Shown here: one piece after another, positions 62,111 to 64,000 of the stretch
Numbering within the stretch: the first letter of the stretch is position 1
How the letters are laid out: each line of letters begins with the position of its first letter
Source: Pseudomonadota bacterium
GTDB taxonomy: Bacteria > Pseudomonadota > Gammaproteobacteria > Steroidobacterales > Rariloculaceae
Direction of reading: 5' to 3'
Length of the DNA stretch: 64,000 nucleotides
Assembly (NCBI GenBank): GCA_036337035.1
Contig: JAYZFC010000008.1
Span: forward strand, 3,213-67,212
Translations under genes and position numbers: made by a program
Notes under the pieces: model-generated
What the model saw: only the letters and a program-made list of their open reading frames with translations
What the model was told of the DNA's origin: nothing
Database searches by the model: none

Positions 62111-63470
62111 ACTGCTCTTGATAGCGACGAACTACTTTTAATGCAATAACATTTAACAATAAAGTTAGCGAAAATAAGACTAATCCCAAAGCAAAAGCAG
62201 CAAGAGTTTTTGGGCTATCGAATTCTTGATCACCTACTAACAAAGTTACAATTTGAACTGTTACTGTAGTCACTGCTTCAAAAGGGTTAATTGTAAGATT
62301 AGCTGAAAGTCCAGCCGCCATAACAACAATCATAGTTTCTCCAATTGCTCTTGATAGCGCTAGCAGTATACCTCCAATAATTCCTGGAAGAGCGGCTGGT
62401 AATACTACTTTTTTGATTGTTTCCGATGTTGTTGCACCCAAGCCATAAGATCCATCCCTCATGCTATTAGGAACAGCATTTAGAGCATCATCTGATAAAG
62501 ATGAAACAAAGGGTATAATCATAATACCCATAACTAATCCTGCTCCCAAAGCACTTTCTGAAGAGACAGTTAGATTCATTGATTCACCAATATCCCTCAT
62601 TATCGGCGCCACAGTCACTGCTGCAAAATACCCATAAACAACAGTTGGGATTCCTGCTAAAACCTCAAGCATTGGCTTCATAAAGCTCCTGAAAGTTGAA
62701 TTAGCGTATTCAGATAGATAAATAGCAGACATCAAACCTATTGGTACAGCTACAAACATAGCTATACAGGATATTAAAATAGTACCCACGAAGAGTGGAA
62801 TGACACCAAAAGAGCCTGATGAGCCAACTTGATCAACTCTAATAGCAGTTTGTGGACTCCATGAGGTTCCAAATAAAAATTCTATAACTGGGATTTGCTC
62901 GAAAAATCTTATCGATTCGAATATTACAGAGAGTATAATACCAAATGTTGTCAGAATGGCGACTAGTGAACAGATAGATAAAAATAATTTTAACAATCCT
63001 TCAACTTTATCTCTGGCCTTAAAGTTTGGCTTACTATTATTTATTGCCCAAATAAATGAAAATAGCAACGAACTTAGTAATACAATTAATAAGAAAGTAC
63101 GACTCAGATCAACAGACTCTTGATAAATATTAACTAGAAATAAGAACGATTGGCCTGGGTCCTCTAAAAAAATAGCCCCAGAAGAAAATGCTTTAATATT
63201 ATTAAAAACTAATTGTAGTTCTAGAGCTGAAAGAGACAAAAACTCTTCAGGCAAACTAGAAAGCAATACAGCTTCAATGTAATAAGGCTCAAACAAATTC
63301 CATAGTAGAAATATCAAAAAAGTAGGTATGAAGCACCACAAGGCTACATACAAGCCATGATATGAAGGCAGGGAATGGTATGAAGATAAATTATCTAAAA
63401 ATAATGTTCTATACCTAACATATACATATGAAGATAGGGATAAGAAAAATATTAAAAATATAAATAACAC
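62103..63470 (-). CDS. pstC: phosphate ABC transporter permease PstC (long form)
   Basis: 455 aa. An N-terminal extension of about 140 aa precedes the core (GSYGLGATTSETIKKVVLPAALPG). Overlaps the pstA start by 8 nt. Confidence 0.88.
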   Translation of the reverse strand: MLFIFLIFFLSLSSYVYVRYRTLFLDNLSSYHSLPSYHGLYVALWCFIPTFLIFLLWNLFEPYYIEAVLLSSLPEEFLSLSALELQLVFNNIKAFSSGAIFLEDPGQSFLFLVNIYQESVDLSRTFLLIVLLSSLLFSFIWAINNSKPNFKARDKVEGLLKLFLSICSLVAILTTFGIILSVIFESIRFFEQIPVIEFLFGTSWSPQTAIRVDQVGSSGSFGVIPLFVGTILISCIAMFVAVPIGLMSAIYLSEYANSTFRSFMKPMLEVLAGIPTVVYGYFAAVTVAPIMRDIGESMNLTVSSESALGAGLVMGIMIIPFVSSLSDDALNAVPNSMRDGSYGLGATTSETIKKVVLPAALPGIIGGILLALSRAIGETMIVVMAAGLSANLTINPFEAVTTVTVQIVTLLVGDQEFDSPKTLAAFALGLVLFSLTLLLNVIALKVVRRYQEQYE

Positions 63471-63486
63471 ATTTTCCTAGAATAGT

Positions 63487-64000
63487 TCAATCATCTATTT
63501 GCAAGGTATTCAAATTACTTACAGCTGTCAAGATTTCATTTTTCTCATTTTGGGATAATGGTATCAAGCCTCTATCTGAAAGATAACCGAAATCTCCCCA
63601 AGCATTCTCACTAGTAAATTCATCCATGAATTCTTCTAAGCCAGGTATAAGCCCAATGTGCTCTTTTTTTAAATAAAAATATAAGGGCCGAGAAACTGGA
63701 TAGCTTCCATCCGCAATATCTTCAAATGTTGGGGGCACGCCATCGATTAATGAGCCCTTTACTATATCGAGATTTTGATCTAAAAAACTATAGCCAAAAA
63801 TACCAAGTGCATTTTGATTAACTTCAAGCTTCTGAACAATTAAATTATCATTTTCACCAGCCTCAATAAACCTCCCGTCTTCTCTCATAGTATGGCAGGC
63901 TGATAAACGCTCATCATCATTTAAAGAATTAATTATATTAAAACTTGAACAACCAGGATCCATGACAAGTTCAACAAAAGCATCTCGGGTGCCAGAAGTT
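63487..64000 (-). CDS. pstS: phosphate ABC transporter substrate-binding protein PstS family (5' end beyond the window)
   Basis: The tracked ORF starts at an internal Met at 63963. The frame stays open to the window edge (...TSGTRDAFVELVMDPGC...). YPVSRPLYFYLKKEH and the periplasmic-binding-protein length and context upstream of pstCAB support the call. Confidence 0.85.
   Translation of the reverse strand, partial: TSGTRDAFVELVMDPGCSSFNIINSLNDDERLSACHTMREDGRFIEAGENDNLIVQKLEVNQNALGIFGYSFLDQNLDIVKGSLIDGVPPTFEDIADGSYPVSRPLYFYLKKEHIGLIPGLEEFMDEFTSENAWGDFGYLSDRGLIPLSQNEKNEILTAVSNLNTLQIDD

Overview
This window is a very gene-dense, visibly AT-rich chromosomal segment made almost entirely of housekeeping genes. 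I support about 62 protein-coding genes. I saw no rRNA, tRNA, CRISPR array, transposase, integrase or phage-like gene.

Gene order closely follows classic E. coli neighbourhoods:
- lpxK-msbA next to lolC/E/D and mfd
- lepA-lepB-rnc-era-recO-pdxJ-acpS
- recJ-prfB-lysS
- surE-pcm-nlpD
- pyrG-eno-ftsB
- dapD-glnD-map, divergent from rpsB-tsf-pyrH-frr-uppS-cdsA-rseP-bamA-skp-lpxD-fabZ-lpxA-lpxB-rnhB-dnaE-accA-tilS

From this I infer a genome-streamlined gammaproteobacterium. It is probably free-living, because the LPS, Lol, Bam, Pst and GlnD genes are all present. No finer taxon can be assigned without a database search.

I corrected several ORF-track calls:
- lpxK (1..959, minus strand) is missing from the track.
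- prfB needs its programmed +1 frameshift.
- The sdhC, rpsB, map, lolC and ftsB starts are over-extended.

I did not find a convincing novel multi-gene system such as a defence island, mobile element or biosynthetic cluster. The observations most worth a second look are:
1. A Met/His-rich predicted beta-barrel outer-membrane protein inserted between lolC and mfd.
2. sdhCDAB flanked by four putative maturation factors: a DUF1674/SDHAF4-like protein, SdhE, a DUF836 glutaredoxin-like protein and a divergent YgfZ.
3. A 15-nt tandem repeat that adds a lysine-rich (KKTAT)n tail to ribosomal protein S2.
4. A signal-less YkuD-domain protein next to nagZ, possibly an ElsL-like cytoplasmic L,D-carboxypeptidase.
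5. A coiled-coil porin in the position downstream of pstB where phoU normally sits.
6. dxr cleanly absent from an otherwise collinear frr-uppS junction.
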